Shown here: piece after piece, positions 62,691 to 64,000 of the stretch | How positions within the stretch are numbered: position 1 is the stretch's first letter | How the letters are laid out: every line of letters begins with the position of its first letter | Assembly (NCBI GenBank): GCA_030390025.1 | Contig: CM059432.1 | Span: 87,856,001-87,920,000 of the forward strand | Length of the DNA: 64,000 bases | Source: Squalus acanthias | Lineage: Eukaryota | Direction of reading: 5' to 3' | The notes under the pieces: generated by a model | Databases searched by the model: none | What the model was told of the DNA's origin: nothing | Seen by the model: only the letters and a program-made list of their open reading frames with translations | Made by a program: the position numbers and the translations under genes

Positions 62691-62960
62691 ATGAGGCTCT
62701 GCTCCACACTGAGTCTGATCAGATTACTGTGCGCTCTGCATGGAACAAGTGCATTTGTTTCAGCAAATGTCACCGAAACGCTCCTTTCATCCAACTTCAG
62801 CGAGAAAGAATCGTCTTGGAGAAAATATCTGGGACCTGGGAATGTCCCTAAAGCCAGACGGAGGCGATATATCTCCCAGAATGACATGTCGGTTATTCTC
62901 GATTACCACAATAAGGTTCGAGGTCAAGTCAACCCACCTGCTGCAAATATGGAGTACATG
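62691..62960 (+). CDS. PI15: First coding exon of a peptidase inhibitor 15-like (CAP/SCP-domain) secreted protein
   Basis: Signal peptide, N-glycosylation sequons (NVT, NFS), furin site [34 protein letters not shown] matching PI15. Phase-0 donor ATG|GTGAGT at 62960/62961. The rest of the gene lies beyond the window. Orthologue versus paralogue is unresolved. Confidence 0.9.
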
Positions 62961-63879
62961 GTGAGTTCATTGTCCCGTTTCTGAACATAATTCTCCCCCC
63001 CCCCCCCTCCCCCTCCCCGCTGGAATGCGTGTTCGCCAATCAAGCAATCATAGGCTGGTTTTAGTCAGGGGAGATGGTAACTAATACATTTCTAACACAG
63101 ATTCATAAATGTCTCAGCAGCTTCACACCCCCTACCGGAGAAACATGTTAAATAGCCAGAACGTACAAGAAATGCAGAGTTCTTCTTACTTTTCAGCGGT
63201 TTATTTAAAATTCCAAGGAATATGTCAAAAAGCGGAAGCTAAAGATTCACTGCAATACGGAAAATGAATTACTTTAATGCTCCAACTGGTTGGTCCAAGA
63301 ATTCCGTCCCCTTCAATGAGTTCGATAAAGAGTTCTGTATGAATGCAAATAAAATATTATTTGAAAAAAGAGACAATATTCCTACAGAAGGGCTTTTCAG
63401 GTCGAACGTTCTGAGGCTGCACACACTAACTTGGCCATTTAGTGGGATAAGGGATGTAGGAGATGCTTTTCTTGAAAAGTTATTCTAATATTTCACAGTA
63501 CATCTGTCAGCTTGTCTCTAGGGCCACGGGCGGGCAGCAGTGACAGACTAACACCATTTAATATCACCTTGTAGAATGTAAGCTGTACTGATCAAAACAA
63601 TACGAAGTGTTGGAAAATATAAACAGCCAACTCAAGCACTAAAACCTTTCTATTACCATTAATCACCTACTTTTCACTTTCAAATATATGCAATTTTGAG
63701 GAGATTAGTGGATCTGTATTCATGTTTTCCACAATATCAGTGGGTGATGTCCATTTTTGTTTGTCCTACAAAAAATAAGTAAAATGTATCTTCACTATAA
63801 TTATCCATTTGAAAGGCACACCAATCAATGAAAAAGTGCTTTTTATTTCTTTTCAAGCACACATGGTAAGGTAAATCAT

Positions 63880-64000
63880 GTTAAGAGAGATGCAATAAAT
63901 ATAGAGTAGTGATAATGGGGGACTTCAACTATCCTAATATAGACTGGGATAGTAATAGTGTAAAGGGCAGGGAGGGGGAAGAATTTATGAAGTGTGTTCA
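63880..64000 (+). mobile_element. CR1 APE fragment in the intron (runs off the window)
   Basis: RVVIMGDFNYPNIDWD...GEEFMKCV; near-identical to 41960-42075. Confidence 0.85.

Noticed and set aside
62961..62984. C-terminal VSSLSRF* of the PI15-like ORF
   Set aside because: Read-through into the intron after the GTGAGT donor.

Overview
Eukaryotic, repeat-dominated vertebrate DNA, most likely a shark or other cartilaginous fish (inferred from the SacSINE1-like Deu-SINE and the CR1/Penelope repertoire). Roughly two thirds of the window is transposon-derived. It holds many CR1 LINE copies, a second poly(A)-tailed LINE family, an L2 3' end, Penelope-like fragments carrying minimal hammerhead-ribozyme motifs, and a 1.6-kb solo LTR with a 4-bp TSD. 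It also holds a complete PIF/Harbinger set: two ~4-kb two-gene elements (HARBI1-type transposase plus a convergent, spliced Myb/SANT gene), an internal-deletion derivative, fragments and MITEs. The only host gene is at the right end: a TATA promoter, a non-coding first exon and the first coding exon of a PI15-like CAP/SCP-domain gene. The most striking item is a 567-bp pogo/Tigger-type TIR element (3455-4021) whose interior is a captured, protein-coding, BUD13-like exon (a Pack-TIR). All family and gene assignments come from recognising sequence by eye; no database searches were run. Boundaries without a stated TIR or TSD are approximate.
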